A stretch of 64,000 bases of DNA from positions 2,046,001 through 2,110,000 of the forward strand of contig JBHGNT010000021.1 of the NCBI GenBank assembly GCA_043228905.1. Direction: 5' to 3'. Under the pieces are notes generated by a model. The model did not search any database. It worked only from the letters and a program-made list of their open reading frames with translations, and was not told where the DNA came from. This document shows, piece by piece, positions 63,218 to 64,000 of this stretch; positions within the stretch are counted from its first letter, which is position 1; each line of letters begins with the position of its first letter. Source of the DNA: Azolla caroliniana (taxonomy: Eukaryota; Plantae; Polypodiophyta). The position numbers and the translations under genes were made by a program.

Positions 63218-64000
63218 TGTCGCGTTGTTACGCGTGTACGTGTAAAAAGGGCGGGACCACGGGGGTCTCAGACTAGGGAAGAGGGGAAGCCGTGAAGACG
63301 ATTCCCGGCGGGTTCCAGAAGCCACCAAACGGGAGAGAGAAAGAGAGAGAACGCGCGCTTGACTCCGACTCACACCCACACACACACTGCGCCGAACCAA
63401 CTCACGCTCTTATGTACAGAAACGCAGGGAAGGGAGCACCAAAACACCCATACAAACAGAGACACGAGTATGCACAAATGGATACTAGTATGTATATTAC
63501 AAAGGGGAAGAATACAATCCCGGCTTCGAGCCGGACCATGGTAGGGTAGGTTACAACAATAGTCTCCTGCCAAGCCGCCGTTCGGGGAGCTCTCGGGCTC
63601 GTCACGCGGAGCGGGGTCTTGCATAGGAGACCTAGCAGAGACAACCCTCAACGGTCGACCTCCCCGCCAAGAAGAAGAAGAAGAAGAAGAAGAAGAAAAC
63701 TAACTCTAAACCTAACGGTATACCCTCTAACACAAAACGGGCAACTCTTTCACAAAGGGCGCTCCCTTCCTTTTATAGAACAAGGAGAGGGATGCGTTAC
63801 AATGTGGGATAAATCCCAACTTACATGGGATCGTCTGTCCCGACTGGACTACTCTTCGGCGCCATAAAGGCACCCTCATTATTCACACTAAATGTACAAG
63901 GGTGAGCACACATGTTGCACCCCGCCGATGTAGCCAATGTTTCTCGGTTTTCGCCTCTGGCCGAAATTCTTCACGACATCCGCCCCCACCAAACCGCACG
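63218..64000 (-). mobile_element. 3' LTR (63218-63978) and PPT of a minus-strand LTR retrotransposon nested in the copia integrase; continues beyond the window
   Basis: Same LTR as 58912-59668. Left flank CCGG. The right flank reverse-complements to GGTGGGGGCGGA, a polypurine-like tract directly before TG. Confidence 0.85.

Overview
AT-rich eukaryotic nuclear DNA from a land plant; a fern-like non-seed plant is only my inference. Five intron-containing genes were rebuilt by hand with GT-AG junctions and consistent exon phases: a BAT1/GABP-type amino-acid permease (minus; 3' part not in the window), a Companion-of-Cellulose-synthase-like TM+LEA_2 protein (plus), APC13 (minus), a USP2/8/21-like deubiquitinase (plus) and LSF1 (minus, 10 coding exons). 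The rest is transposon-derived or repetitive: hAT-type MITEs with 8-bp TSDs, Ty1/copia elements and solo LTRs, a second LTR family with 4-bp CG-centred target sites nested into other elements, RTE and L1 LINE remnants, local tandem duplications and microsatellites. I found no convincing wholly new biological system. The best leads are the CG-targeting LTR family, an unidentified 5'-truncated retroelement family found here only in LSF1 introns, the USP2-like DUB, and the divergent APC13/DUB pair.
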